Counted from the stretch's first letter, positions 1 through 13,462 are shown. The stretch is DNA of 64,000 nt from Lingula anatina (GCA_051362555.1 CM120647.1:3100001-3164000); one strand, 5' to 3'. Numbers and translations are program-made. The notes: generated by a model from the sequence alone, not told the origin.

Positions 1-196
1 AATTGTTTGCTAATGTAGCACTGGTTTCAGCGATATTAAGCCGAATAGCTGCTTTGGAATGTTCAGCTGGATGGGAAGTCGAAAGTCCATTTCTGTGAAA
101 TATGTTTTTGTTGATGTTTATGTCCCAATCACTCTGTCCAAATGTAGTAATATTCACTCCACCAAGACCATTGCTAAACAAAATTGCCATTAGACC
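1..196 (-). CDS. bark: bark-like exon 7 (partial; phase conflict with exon 6)
   Basis: After ccttttag| one frame is open to the window edge (FSNGLGGVNITTFGQSDWDININKNIFHRNG...IRLNIAETSATLANN, beta-helix-like), but it needs phase 0 while exon 6 ends in phase 1. Confidence 0.6.
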
Positions 197-3100
197 CTAA
201 AAGGCAAATCCAATAGTGTGGATTATGAAATACGTAAAATATACACGTGAACTTGTATTTTAACATACCTAAAATTTTAAACTTTATCCTTAAGAACTCT
301 TATCAATCAATAAAGTATTTGTATGAATGTCAAGTAGCACAATGACATGTTACTAGAATGTGTATGTGAGAATGTAAAATCTTACCTGTATATGTGTCGT
401 TGGAAATCTTGATACCAAAGACCATGCTTTGCAAACCATACGTGTCCCAGCTCCAGGTCCTGCTATATAACCGGATGGTTACACTAGAACTGTTTATTGG
501 AACATCTGAAGGAAGTGAATTGTTTGTCTGGTCAGCATAAAGAAGTCGCCTTGAGAGAAGGGGAGACGATCCCTCGAATATTTCCAGTTGAAAACGTTGC
601 AGATTAAACTGTAAAATTTGGATTGTGATATTCTGTCCAGGTTCAGAACGTATTGCACGCGTGCAATTAAAATCATTTCCTCCGTGCTGTTTTCCGTGAG
701 AATAATAAACCTCAACTCTGTCCTTAACAATAAGCATTTTGGAATTTCGTTCGCAAATGTTATCGACCCCATAAACGTCACTTGGCCATCCCACAGATTC
801 TCGTTTGACCCTAGTATTGAGTGGTACACTTCTTGGGTAAGCCACAACAGCTTTTATCCCAACACCTCTGTTGTTAAGGAACTCATTTCGTTTAATGATG
901 CTTGATTTCACTGCTGATCCAATAAGTTCAATACCGTTCAACCTTGCCTGGACCACTCGTGAGTTCTGTATGATTATACTGGGGGTGAAAGACTGTACAG
1001 CTGCGCCGTAGATGTTTCCTTTGTAACCTGCATTAAAAACGTCTACAAAGAGCAATTCGGAAGGGCTAGTGCTGATGTCACCTGAAGCAAACACCAATCC
1101 TTGCCAATAAGAGCAATTAGCTGTTTGGTATTGACAGCCAAAGACAATCCTTTCTCTCTTTTCTCCCCTTGCAACTATCCGTCCCAGAACGAGGATCCCT
1201 TTGTCCCTTGCTGGCTTAATCCAAACACCAGGTTCAATGAAAACCTCAACACCGGGTAAAATAGTCCAATCTTCTTTTAGATAAAACGGAGAACCTGCTG
1301 CTTCTAATGTGATGGACTTGTTCAGCCACCCGCAAAGGACGTTTCCTTGTGGAAGTCCCTCTGTGACGTCAGGAGTGTACACCATCTCGTTCGATCTTGA
1401 CACAAATGGAAGTACTCGCACTTCCGGTAGATACATGTCGTTGTGTGCATCATATATACGTTTTCTAACGCAACGGGTATTTTCACATCCCCACGTGTTG
1501 TATCTGGCTTCAATGGTGTCTGTCCATTTTGTAGAGCGAGTCTTGACATACAGCTCTGCCTCTAGGCCCGGGTTTTGAAGCGTGTTGTTTTGAACATAGA
1601 CATTTCCATAACCATCTAAAACTAGTGCAGCTGTCACTGGGGGCTGTGACGGCCGACGTTCGTTGTTGCCGGATGAATATGTGTTGTTAGCAATGATGTT
1701 CCCTATCAGTCCAACGTTTGGTGTTTTGTTTAGATCATAGGTTGATTTCTTCATATTCATGACAATGATATTCCTGTAATGGTTACCTGATATATCATTG
1801 TTCACGAATTGTATTGTCTTTTCATATCCCCGGTATAAGGTCATTGACCCATAGCTGTACTCATTGTCTGTGATGTTATTCCCCGATACTGTCATATGTA
1901 GAGCACCACCACTAATGTCAAGTACACTCCCTCTGTTGTCAATGATTTCGTTATTCAAAAACTGGATGTCCACATCTTTCGGGTTGTCATCCCTGACACT
2001 GTACTGTAACAATGTGTCCCTGGTATTTCTGATCTTACATCCGTGAATGGTTAACTGTTCTCGATTTCCACGGTCATTGTCAATATGAATTCCATAGTTA
2101 TTAGAATCTAAGGTTGTATTTTTGATTGAGATGACGAAAGATGGTATCAGTTCATTCACCAGGGGAACATTTGACACTCTATATATCCTAACATCCATTG
2201 GTCTGTAGTTTCCTACTATAACTGAGTCTTTTATATCAACACTGACTTGTCCCACATCAGGGTCGTCTGGACGTCTTCTGTCACTCCGTATTCCATTAGT
2301 GTAGCCTTGGTATTGGCCATATACTGCTGTGGAGGAGCCGCTGATTATAACTTTGTCCAATGTTAAACTTGGTTTGTTTGGTGGCAGGTCGTCTGAAAAT
2401 TACAAATTTCCTTAATGATCACACCATAGATTATATCCCCTAAATATGTCATATTTCACCTTATTTGAGTTCCACAGCCATAATCTCATATCTTGCATTT
2501 TTTATGATAGCTCAGGTAACAGAGAACACAATGAAACCTTGAATAGCACTTTAACCCAATGCCGGTGATATGACGTCATCTTCAAAAGGATCAGGCCTTT
2601 TTGTAGACAAATAATGTCCATGAATATGATAACATAATATCATTAAAGCCAGTTTTATATTAAGTTGGTTTAGCCTGATTGTTGACTAACATGCTAGTAA
2701 GTTATTCTTCTCTATCAAGTATGTTCTATACAAAAAAAAACATGATGTTTTTAATTGCAGTGCAGTTTCTGGCCTGGGCAAACTGCAAATCAATGTATGA
2801 CAGAAAAAACAATTTTTGACATAATTACTAAATTAAACAATGCATTTGCGCCAATTATCATATCTAATTACAATGTGATACCTACCAATTTATGTTGCTT
2901 ACCTTTCACCGCCATAATTACTGCGTGGATATATACATTGCACCCAGAACAACTGTGTCTCCAAGTCTTGAGGAACTGTAGAGTGTTAGTAAAGGTGGTG
3001 ATAACGGAATCCGTCGAGTTCAGACCTACTGTCCAGTTTTTCACTGTATCTGTTAAAAGCAGTTGGAAGTCAAGATAACCACCGTAGATGGTAAAAACCC

Positions 3101-6100
3101 GTAATCTGAGGTCCGACCTGGTTGTAAAGGTTCCGCATTGTGTACGCGCATACATGTAGTGATAAAATGGCACCATATCGCCTTCATTGGCCAGATATGT
3201 AACACCGCAGTCTCTTTTATAGGGAGTAAAATACCCTGTCACTGACCAGCTGGGTGACCCTGATTGAAACAATACAGCATATGAGTTTATGTCTTCCATT
3301 CGTGAATCCCTCAGAGTTGCGCTCAGTGTATATGTTTCAAAGGCGTTGTTATCTATATCTCCCACAACCATGTTAGTCATACTTCGCTCTACACCGTCCA
3401 CGTATATTTGTCGAATGCCTCCCCCAGAGGTAAGAATGGCCACGTTGTCAATGGTATGTCGGTTGAAATCCACCTGTAAAGAAAGACCTGTTCTGCTTGA
3501 CCCGGAGTCAAAGTATCCAGCAAACTGCATCACCGCATGTTGTATAGAGCTGGGACGAGCCGTCAGACCTAATCGTATACCGGCCCATGTGGACTCTCGC
3601 GAATACTTGGTGCACACAACTCTGAAGAACGAAGTGCACCTATGTCTTTGCATACCCGTAAAGCAATTATTTTCCAAGTCCGTTTCAGTCCCAACACAAT
3701 TTAGTTCTAACCCCAGTTTAGCAGCATCAGAAATCAAGCTCATGTACAAAAGAGAAACATATCCAAGTCGCCTGCATTCTCCGTCCAACCATGTTGTCAA
3801 CATCGGCCCTCTCAATGAAGAATCATAACAAACTGGTAAAATATCTCCGTTTTCTTCTCCGTAAAGTAGTCCATAAAACGATGCCGCACCATATGATTGC
3901 GATGGCCCTCGAAGCAACGAAAATTTACCAAAATCTGTTTTAGATGTGACATTTTTCGTTGTAGCCATCTTTCCTTTGGCGGTAAAGATGCACTTCTTAC
4001 TCTCTGTTCCACTGACATTAAGTCTTCCTTCAATGTACATCCCCACAGAATCTTCAAATTCTAAAACCACTCCTGGTTCAATGGTAAGTGTGGCGTTGGC
4101 TGTCACGTTCAGGTCATGTGTCACCGTGTACGGTCTACCAGTGTCCTTAAGAGTAAGGTCAGTGTAAATGCGACCACAGAGTGTGTGGGGAGTTGGTGCT
4201 GGGTCCACTTCTATAGTCGCTGGGGACAAACTGGAGAGATCAGACGTGATATAGAAAGGAGTGTATAGGAACTCTGTTCTCAGAGTGTAGCGTTTTGTAT
4301 TATCAATAATAACATCGTGCGGATTTGATGTCCCCCAGTAATTTCGTGACACATCAAGTGTTCTAAGGACGGAATTCTCATGCCAAGTGGCCAGTTGATA
4401 TTCGACCAACATGTTTTCGAAAACATTGTCTGTGAATGTGAAACTACTCGGAAAATTTATCAAGACCATGATGGCACCCACCTCGTGTCTTTTGTTTTCT
4501 GTTCTTACATTGTTGTTTCTAAATTTATTTCCAGTCACGAACAAACTGGAGGCAGAAACACAAAGAACACATTGGGACACGTCATTATCGGATAACGTGT
4601 TGTTGAGTATTAGGGAGTCAGTTTCTATTAATAAAGCCGCTGTCCCTTTTGTTTTAGAAACAGAATTCTCATTCACTTGGACGGAACTGAGTCTGCTTGT
4701 TCCACATACATAACCAGACCCCAACTTGAGGGCGGTTTCGCCCTGGTTGAGAAAGACGTTGCCAGACACTACGATGTCTGTTAGAGCACACTGTCTGGCC
4801 CGTGGTACTGATATACCAAATGTATTATCCATCAGGGTGTTGTTTTGAAAAATAAAGCTGACTTTATCTGATATTGTCCACACCGAGGTTATGCCAACAG
4901 ACAAAGCATAGTTAGAGGAATTAATGAATTCATTGTTCTTCACGGTAACATTCCTCTGGATGTGCTCAAAGTACACATGGTTCATGTTATTCACAAAGGC
5001 GCTGTCCTGAAGCACAATCGTACCGGATCCCCTACCCACGTGCAGACCTGCCTCTGAGGAATGTACCACCCGAGAGCCTGATATGCGAATTGGTTGCAGC
5101 TGATTCTCAATAAAAATTCCATATCCGGACTTTGTAACTTTGACGTCATTCAATGATAACCCCGTAGAGTGCCCTGAATAAGCTGTAAAAATACATACGA
5201 GTTTGTATATATTATTTTAACTTACAAAAGAAAATTCTTGTCAAACATCTTCATGTATTACGTCATTATGCACTGAATTTATACGTATATGTATTGGTTC
5301 ATAAATAAACAGTAAAGTCAGTGGCCTATTTAGCGATTTTCATAGGTTATAAAAATCAATTAGTAAATTCACGATTCTTCAAAGTTGTTTGGATCTATTA
5401 GTCATGTAAAATTAAAACATACATCTGCATGTGTTAAAAAGAGACAAGACATTTTTTCCATAAAATTAATGTCAACTCACCGGCAACGGACTGAACTGTA
5501 AACATTCCTTGATACCGTTCGCTAGAGTCAATATTGAGTCTTGAAATTGACAGCAAGACTGAACCGCCACTTGTGTAGAGAGGAGACGGCATGTTCACCT
5601 CTGCACCGTACATATACACTCTCTCCAGCCGCCGGGAGGACGAACTGTTTCCGTCAAATAAATCCAGTACGTTACGATGTGTGTACGATCGTGTCCTTAT
5701 GAACAGTACGCGCACCGCCAAAATATATCCTGGGTTTTGACTTCGAAACACCTATATGATGGAACATAACAAATTAAAACACATGTAATACTAATATGAA
5801 ACAACGTCGCTAATGTAAGTACCCTCATTTACACATGTACTTAAATAATTCAACGCTGGAGCTAAATGATTATTTACTCAAAATGTAAAGATGTATGGCC
5901 AGAAACTTTTGTGAAAGTTTCTTTTACAACATAGGCTACGCGTTGAACAAGCCAATTCTTAAATATGACGAGTCAGTGAGCTGTAAAGGTCTAATAAGTA
6001 TCGAGTGGCCTACCTGAGAACAGGAAGACCTTGACCCCAGATGAAGGTCAGTACTGTCAAAGCTGACTATGAGCGGTTCTCCATCAGGAACCGTTGTTTC

Positions 6101-9100
6101 CGGCAGTTGGCACATCTTATAGGAGGGCAGCGGGGATGTCCTGTTGTAATATACACCTGCTTTATGGACATTAGAAATCTGGGTATTGTCCATTGCCAGG
6201 TCACCACCAAAGCTTCTGAAGGAAACCCCGTTTCCCATGCTGTCCTCAATGTTACTATTGTTGATCGCCGCATGTCCAGTTATATCTCTGAGTAGAACAC
6301 CATTTCCGATGACATTTGTGATGTTCAGGTTATCAAGCACAGGTGGGATTCCGCTAACAGATATGGCTGCTGTATCATTTGAATGTGTCCCGATGTTAGG
6401 AAGACCAGCGAATTCGATGTCGACATATTGGAGATCACTTAAACCTGACACGGAGGAGTTAGTCGCCAGCTGTATCCCAGACCAGTACTTGGCTGTTTCG
6501 TTGGCATTCCCACGATAACCAGAGTAACCTGAGCACTGCAGCCACACGTCTTGACTATGAACTGAAAAATTAAATAACATAATGGGAAATGGTATGTAAA
6601 GAGAACTCGATGTTATTGTTCACAGTTTATTTTGGTTACAGTTGACTCATTTTACACATTTCTGAAAGTTGCTAAGTGTTAGGATAATGACAATGACAAA
6701 ACCAATGGAAGACAGCGGCATTGGTGGCAGCTATTTCAATTTGTGTTTTTACTCACAACAAATAGATGGTCTAGGAGGTGGAGAACGAGAAAAAAGTTGA
6801 AAATACTGTCTATTAACACATGGTATGCAGATCATTGCAGAAAAGATCAAAAGACCAAAGGGATGACTGCACAACTCCAACAATTACAACAGTAACATTG
6901 TAGCATATTGGAATCAAAGACAAAGACAAGAGTGCGCCAACAGTTTTGAAGAGCTGGGTTCAAACGTTCCAGGCAAGAGATCAAAACCCAAAGCCCTTGC
7001 AATTAAGATCGACTAAGACCACAACATATTTTACCTGGAACTAGTGAGGCTTGTGTGTATGAACTTAGATCTTGGCTCAAGTCCAACTACTTAGTCAGAG
7101 ACAGCACCCACACTAGACAGTATCAGAGTTGGAGATTCTGTTATCACAACAAGCACAGAAGTTAGAAATCTTGGTGTAATTTTCACCAGCCAATGTGACA
7201 TGGCATTTGTGACTTCTAGACTCGATGTTTGCAACAGTTACTATCATATGGAAAAACTTCAGTCTATTCAGAATTCAGCAGCTCGTCTCTTTTGTAAAAC
7301 TCAGAAATCCGACCACATCACACCAGTTCTCTACAATCTTCATAGCTTACCAGTCTCTCAAAGAGTAGTTTATTCGATTTTACTCTTGACTTTTAAAAAT
7401 GTAAAGGGCGACTGTCCATTTTATATGAACAATATAATGAACTTTTTACTCCTCTTAGAACTCTTCGTTCCAGTGGTCAATTTCAAATCAAGCGAAATGA
7501 TACCAAAAAAACTCTAAAAACATATGGTCACAGGAGTTTTGAGATTGCTGCACCAATTTTATGGTCCAATTTTATTAACGATACATCTGTGTCTTTGAAC
7601 CACTCTTATTACTGTTTTTTTTTTTAATAAAAACCTTTTTAGTTAAGGAATATTTTGGTTAATTTAATCTCTTAGTTTTAAATACTTTTATGTTAGTGTT
7701 TAATTGATCTTTTTTAGTTTTACCTTTTATATGTAAGTGTAAACAGCGCTGAGACGCAAGTGTAGCGCGGTTTTAAGAAATGTATTATTATTATTATTAT
7801 TACCATCACTTGTTAAATGAACGAAAGCGATCTGTTTGAAGAAAGCCATCTGTTCAAAGATGAGACTGAAGCATTCTCTGAATACAGTATGTCTATTGCT
7901 GTTATGCCTCTGAGAGCGCATTCAGAACAGCGGACTAGGAGTGGATCTAGAACAGATGATTTTCGGACTAACTGATCCTCTGACTAATTATGTCCAACCC
8001 CAATTAAACGCATAGGGTCGAACAGAGCCAAGAAAGAGGAACAGAGACAGGCAGAACAATAATTAAGATTACATGAGTAAGGAATGGTGGACAGGAAGCA
8101 GGTTGCAGTCCTGAATTTCATTAACAGCTAATCTCACATTGCTCTATATTCGATTTGTGTATGAATAATGATAGTTGTGTTGGTCTGAGCCGGTGGGGCA
8201 GGAATGGTGGTTCTACAGGAATGGATGTCCGGGGTCACATATGATTAGTACAGGTTAGGGTTAGTCGTAGCATAAGGGTAAGAATATGGGACGAATGTCA
8301 TCTGTACAAAATAACGGGGAGAGGACTAGGGTTCCTAACGGACATTCAGCTCCTCTATATTGTTCTAACTGTAAATTGATATCACTATATCTCCATTCCT
8401 TAACTATAGATTACTAACAACAGAAAGACAGACAATGACTGTATTATACTTTAATATTTTGGTTCCCATGCAAAGACCTATAGTCGAGTAGCCAGAACGC
8501 TAACCCTGCAATGTTTTTTCTTGTCAGCTTTTTTCTAAAATGCATTCTTCAGGCCGAGAGAAGCAAAATTAGCTTGGTTGCTACTTCCGAGACATTAATT
8601 TCTTTTTAAGTATGGCCGTCATATGAGAAAAATGACCAGAAGTCACCGGGTATACTTTATTAAGAGCTTTTTTGATCGTTTATCCTATCATTCCTCCGGT
8701 CGGGGACGTATCAAACACTGCACAATGAGAACTTTAGCAATAATCACTTACGTACAAGAAATACTGATAATGTTTTGATACCTGAACTTACATTATATTC
8801 CATTCAATACATAAAATAAAATGGACAAATAAACAAAAAATCTAGGTTAAAAGAAATGTTCACATGTTGCAGACAATAAAAAGCAGACGCCTATAAAAGT
8901 GTCGAGTTTAGTTTTTCTGTGGTTAGCAGTGAAAAAAGACGCCTGATTATTAAGTTTAATTTTTTCGTGATAGATCACTCTGCAATTCACCAAACAAAGA
9001 AACATCCCTGACATTGGCCTTAGGCTATTATAAAAGATTACACAATTGCAATATCATGGTTCTCAAAAGTGGTAAATACATGAATAAAGATAACAGGTCA

Positions 9101-10398
9101 GTAAGATACTCACAACAGTTGCGTACACGGACCCCATCGTGAGGACAGTCCCAGAGAGAGCTCTCATGTCCATCGCATCTCACGTTGTTCAGAAGAATAC
9201 TTCCAGTGCCACTGCCTCTGTTATATACTTTGGTACACGTTTTATATCCCAACATCCTGGCAACAACTCTGTTGTTGTTGTTATAGTAGGAACTACCCCA
9301 ACCAATCTGACAAACGGTGCCAAAACTACCTGAATGGAGAAAATTATACGTACTCTTTAACAAACATTTGTAGAGATGGATATTCAGGTTTGTAGGAAGT
9401 CAGGCTCAGATGGGGGCTAACAATTCAAAACGATTGAAAAATAACGCCTGTCTTTGGTCGTGAGGGGGGGGAGACTCTTGCATTTATAACTGATGTATTT
9501 AAATATGTGAGAGGGGGTGGTAATTTCGCTTTGCCTCCTACCCTCTCGGCTCCTATGATAATAAGCCAAATAATGATAAAACGTACTCTTTATGTGGTTT
9601 ACCAGTCAATATTAATGTTCGACGGGAATAACGTTTTCTCCTACTCTCGAAACATTACTCGAATGCACGTGGATCCAACGTATAACATAAATTCAATTTT
9701 TAATTTTTGGCATAGTTCTAAAAAACTGGACAGCAGCAACTATTGTTGTAACAGTTTGTAAGGTCTGAATTGGGAGATATTAATTGCTTTGCGGGAAATA
9801 TAGACAGATTTCATTCCACAAACTTCGAGGTGAGAGTTTTGTTCCGTCATTTCCTAATAATAAAAACTAGAGTTGTAACACATAATTAACATTTTGTAAC
9901 TTACAAAAAAGAATAATAAATAAATAAAATATAAAAAAGAAAAATAAACTCTTCAAAAGCACAAAGACATTCTACACTGCATATACCTTGGTATAAAAGC
10001 TCCAGGCGTCCAAGATGATTTTCCGTGAAGTCCCCGGCCAATCGGGCACCATCGAACCAAACAGGTGGCTGCTTATCATCCCTTCCAACATTGGGTGGGT
10101 CAGCAGCCGTGAAAAGTATACGTTTGTCCGGTTGTCCCACTGCCAAAAGCCGTCCCTCAACGCGCACGCCGACAGCCGGGTCGAATTTAACGGTAACGCC
10201 AGGTTCTACATTCAGCGTTACCCCCTGCGGTACTGTGATGGAATTGTTGACGTGGAACGGTTGATCTGATAAACGTAACGTCAGATCCGCGGTAGGTGAG
10301 GCATCTATGACGGTATAAGCATTCGAAAGCGCCGAACGAGTCCCGAAAATTATGAAAAAGACGGAAAGTAATTTCCCTCCAACTCCGGTCGATTCCAT
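1..10398 (-). CDS. bark: Bark beetle/Anakonda-like large extracellular protein (signal peptide, SRCR, CUB-like, parallel beta-helix repeats); multi-exon, 3' end outside window
   Basis: Exons 10398-9987, 9329-9114, 6561-6014, 5751-5481, 5182-2903 and 2392-386 have GT-AG boundaries and compatible phases (1,1,0,1,1), totalling 5,734 nt. A module resembling TL..xxPY.V...xxV....TL.IEPGV...GR..W.G[IL] occurs three times. SRCR motifs (GRLEL, GTVC, VRCDGHESSLWDC) and Asn-rich beta-helix repeats are present. Family assignment is from remembered domain architecture, not a search. Confidence 0.8.
386..2392 (-). CDS. bark: bark-like exon 6: beta-helix, third module, CUB-like
   Basis: Acceptor attttcag|, donor |gtaaga; 2,007 nt open; RIYD, GSPFYL, IEPGV, YWQGL, QLEIFEG. 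Confidence 0.9.
2903..5182 (-). CDS. bark: bark-like exon 5: beta-helix, second module with degenerate SRCR, CUB-like
   Basis: Acceptor tttttacag|, donor |gtaagc; 2,280 nt open; NYWG, TLTIEPGV, ECRRLGY, CVGTETDL, WAGIRL. Confidence 0.9.
5481..5751 (-). CDS. bark: bark-like exon 4: CUB-like segment
   Basis: Acceptor catatag|, donor |gtgagt; LDLFDGNSSSSRRL...YTSGGSVLL resembles a CUB domain. Confidence 0.85.
6014..6561 (-). CDS. bark: bark-like exon 3: SRCR end and beta-helix repeats
   Basis: Acceptor atttttcag|, donor |gtaggc; splicing gives NCFHSQDVWLQC (SRCR terminus) then YWSGI. Confidence 0.88.
7040..7802 (+). mobile_element. 5'-truncated, decayed L2/CR1-type LINE in bark-like intron 2 (antisense to the gene)
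   Basis: RT C-terminal remnants: ELRSWLKSNYL, VRNLGVIF, FVTSRLDVCNS, LQSIQNSAARL, DHITPVL, KTYGHRSFEIAAPILW; ends in an (ATT)n tail. Confidence 0.88.
9114..9329 (-). CDS. bark: bark-like exon 2: SRCR core
   Basis: Acceptor ttctccattcag|, donor |gtgagt; 216 nt; encodes FGTVC...ILLNNVRCDGHESSLWDCPH...NC. Confidence 0.9.
9987..10398 (-). CDS. bark: bark-like exon 1: signal peptide, first module, start of SRCR
   Basis: ATG at 10398; hydrophobic LLSVFFIIFG then ALS; VEPGVTVKF and GRLELLYQG; donor CAAG|GTATAT, phase 1. Confidence 0.85.
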
Positions 10399-11206
10399 GT
10401 CTCACCTTCGAGTGAGGTTATTTAATCATATAGTTTATCGTTATACTTCCAATGAAAAGCATATCTTATCAACAAGGAGAGTTAGAAGATCAACATTTCT
10501 ATCTTGTTCAAACGATGGCTGACTTAATGACTTAGTGATTGCAAATATTTAATCAAATTTGAAACGAGACATCACAGGAAAATAGTTTAAAATATAACAT
10601 TACCAGCATTGTTTTTTTCTAATGCAAAAAAGAAAAATGGTTTTCTTTCAACCAATTAAGTTATTTTCTTCCACCCAAATGTTTATACTTTGCCATAGCG
10701 ATCTTTATGTGTGTTTAAAAACATGCACAAGATACCAACATCCTTCTCGTTGTGCTTTATCGTGTAGGAATTATTTTATCCACCCTTGTTGTAAACGCGT
10801 GAGTACGTGCAGGGACAGATGCGGTGAACTTATTTAACCATTCTAAAAGGTCGAAAAGGCACACTATTACGCTCCCCAAAGAAAGTCCCCCCCTCCCCAG
10901 ACCCTTTGAACAAGAACTTGATCTCTATGGATACGTCGCCAAAAGTGTAATTTCCTCTATGAAAGTGAACACACACCCAGCATGCACTGCCTTGCCCCAA
11001 TGTCCCACAGATGATGTACATGTATTTTACGCAACAAATACAGGTATCAGTTATACAGTTTTTATGATTTAAGTATTTTTATGTATGTTGTAGCCTAAAT
11101 TCACAACGGTCGTAAAACAAATGTAGGGAGAGAACCTACTTAATATATATTTATCCCGAACAACAGAAGCTTAATGTAATATGTTTGTCTCAATCTCCAC
11201 TATTTA

Positions 11207-11799
11207 CAGGGTGGTCCACAAAAAAAGACCTCTATATTTTACCTTCCATCTCAATTTTAATATAATTAAGATATTTCCAACTTTATGTCACCAAAGTGTT
11301 CCATTAGGATGACCATTTATCCTGGCAAATTCTGCAGAAATTGATACCTTTAAGGTAGTCAAATTTCAATCATCATCATCTCACGCCGCACGGACTTTCC
11401 TTGGCCACCCTCTTCACCAGATCTCAACCCCCCAGATTTCCTCCTTTGGTGGTCACCTTAAGGAAAGAATTTCTGTTTAAAAGCCACAAACTCTAGACTC
11501 TCTGAAGACCAACATTCGAGAAAAAGTAAGGAACAGTCCGGCTGACATGAATGCAAAAGCCAATGCAAATTTCAACGTTAGTGTGGCTGCCGTTATTCAG
11601 CAGCGAGGAGTGTGGATAGAGCACATTATCAATTATTGAAATTTGACTACTTAGGTTTCCAATTTTTGCAGAATGTGGAAGGATAAAATAATCATATTTA
11701 TGAAAAAATTTGGCATAAGAAAGTTGTACATATCTTAATTATATGTACATCAAATTTGAGACGGAAAACTAAATAGGTAGTTTTTTATGGACCACCCTG
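11207..11799 (+). mobile_element. Internally deleted Tc1/mariner-superfamily DNA transposon
   Basis: TA flanks; imperfect TIRs of about 90 bp (CAGGGTGGTCCA...TGGACCACCCTG); transposase C-terminal remnant WPPSSPDLNPPDFLLW / HLKERI / KPQTLDSLKTNIR / WIEHII at about 11400-11640. Confidence 0.92.
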
Positions 11800-11941
11800 T
11801 ATACATCTGTGTTGCGTTTCCAATGACGACGTACCCATAACATGGCATAGATTCAACCAGGAAGGTTAAAAGTTATCAATAGATGTGTGAACGCGTGGGA
11901 AAGCGGTGGAAAAGGAATGACACCGGCTGAAACGCCACTTA

Positions 11942-12276
11942 GGGACCGGTCATTATTTAAGTTAGAGGGGGGAGGTGGAGGAGAAAATGTGGGGCCTGAA
12001 AATTTCCGAGCAAATATTGGCTGGTCTCGAAATTTGCAAATGATAAGGGGTTCTTGAGAAAAATTATTTTTGTGACTTGCCGTACAAGACATAGTGAAAA
12101 ATATAAATTTCACACTACTTTTTCACTAGTTTTATTGAGGGGGTGACCGAGTTATTCAATCAATGTGGAAGGGAGATCCCGAAAATTTTGAATGTTATCG
12201 GGGATTTTTTTCAGCTATTTTTGGTTTGGGGGGGGGTTGACATCCCCCCCCTCCAACTCAAATAATGAGCGGTCCC
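11942..12276. mobile_element. PIF/Harbinger-like MITE
   Basis: TIR GGGACCGGTCATTATTT / AAATAATGAGCGGTCCC with TTA on both sides; non-coding interior. Confidence 0.8.
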
Positions 12277-12409
12277 TTAGTGATGTATTAACTTACACAT
12301 AATGGTCTAGACCAGGAAACTTGGCAGGTTCATATACTCGGTGATTTGATTAATAACACTAATCTAAACATAATACCCTTAAGACAGTTCACCCTCCTTA
12401 AAACACAAT

Positions 12410-12507
12410 AATATTACAGAGGGAGTGTACTATTGCTATGATATTACAGAGGTGAAGTGTATTGTTATGATATTACAGAGGTGAAGTATGATATTGCTAT
12501 GATATTC
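12410..12507. repeat. Short ~30-bp tandem repeat (about 3 copies)
   Basis: Recurring tgatattacagaggtgaagtgtattgctta-like unit. Confidence 0.65.
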
Positions 12508-13012
12508 GTACTGAAATTCTCCTTAACGAGTACTCAAGAACCTTTAGATATTACATATTGAGAAATTATATTTGTACTTTAGAAGCGTTGTTTTTTTTTC
12601 AGTAACTACACACATAAAGTCCATGTAAGCATATTACTTTATCAACCCACATAAATGTACAAACTACATGTAGCGCATTGAAATGGGCAGTAGAGAAGAT
12701 GTGTGAACAAATGGAACAAAAACTATCTAAAATATATATCCGGGAAAGATTATCCCAAGAGTGACGGCACGCTTATTGGTCCATGAAAAAAATTGCTGGT
12801 CGCTTCAAATGAAGAGAATTGTCGAATTGTGGTCGGGATTTTACCAGTTTTTTAAATGAACATGGCTCTCGCTTTTCGACAGAACAGGTCCCGTAACTCG
12901 AAAGCATCACGCATTGCAATTGCGACCGAGCGAAAGCGTCTAGATTCCATAACTCACCCATACTCGCCTGGGGGTTATGGAATCGAGACTCTTGCGCTGG
13001 ATCGCAATGCGT

Positions 13013-13462
13013 TGTAGTGATCCGTTAATTAGAACTGAGTCTTCTAAATTTGCATACATCAGATATGTATATATTTGTACGTTTTAATTATTCAAATATA
13101 CTTAGACATGACATGTGGCATGGCAGTTTAAGAGAAGTTCATTTAAAATGCAAATCAAGGTTTAATTTAAATGTATCTACAATTAAGTTAATGTACAAAG
13201 GCATGGCATGTTTCATGACAGTTATGAAAGCTAATTTGAAATGCAAATTAAGATAGAGTATAAAGGCAGTGACTGAGCCACAGAGACTTATAGACTTACA
13301 GACTGAGAGAGTTAGAGATAGTTATAGATACGGTAGAAGAGACCTGAGTCTTCAGGCGCTTGAATAAACCATGTAACAGAAAACTCTTCCTGCCTGTCTC
13401 AGTTGACTTATTGGTGAAAAAGTAACTTAAAGAAAGTGCATAACCACCGACTGGTTATTACA
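13013..13462 (+). mobile_element. Solo LTR (450 bp), probably Gypsy-type
   Basis: Begins TGTAGT and ends ATTACA; exact 4-bp TSD GCGT (13009-13012, 13463-13466); TATAAA near 13259 and AATAAA near 13363 in LTR order. Confidence 0.85.

Noticed and set aside
494-6518. Short antisense and alternate-frame ORFs overlapping bark-like exons
   Set aside because: Shadow ORFs of the real coding exons with no recognisable motifs
7200-7517. 105-aa ORF as a nested host gene
   Set aside because: It is a LINE reverse-transcriptase remnant
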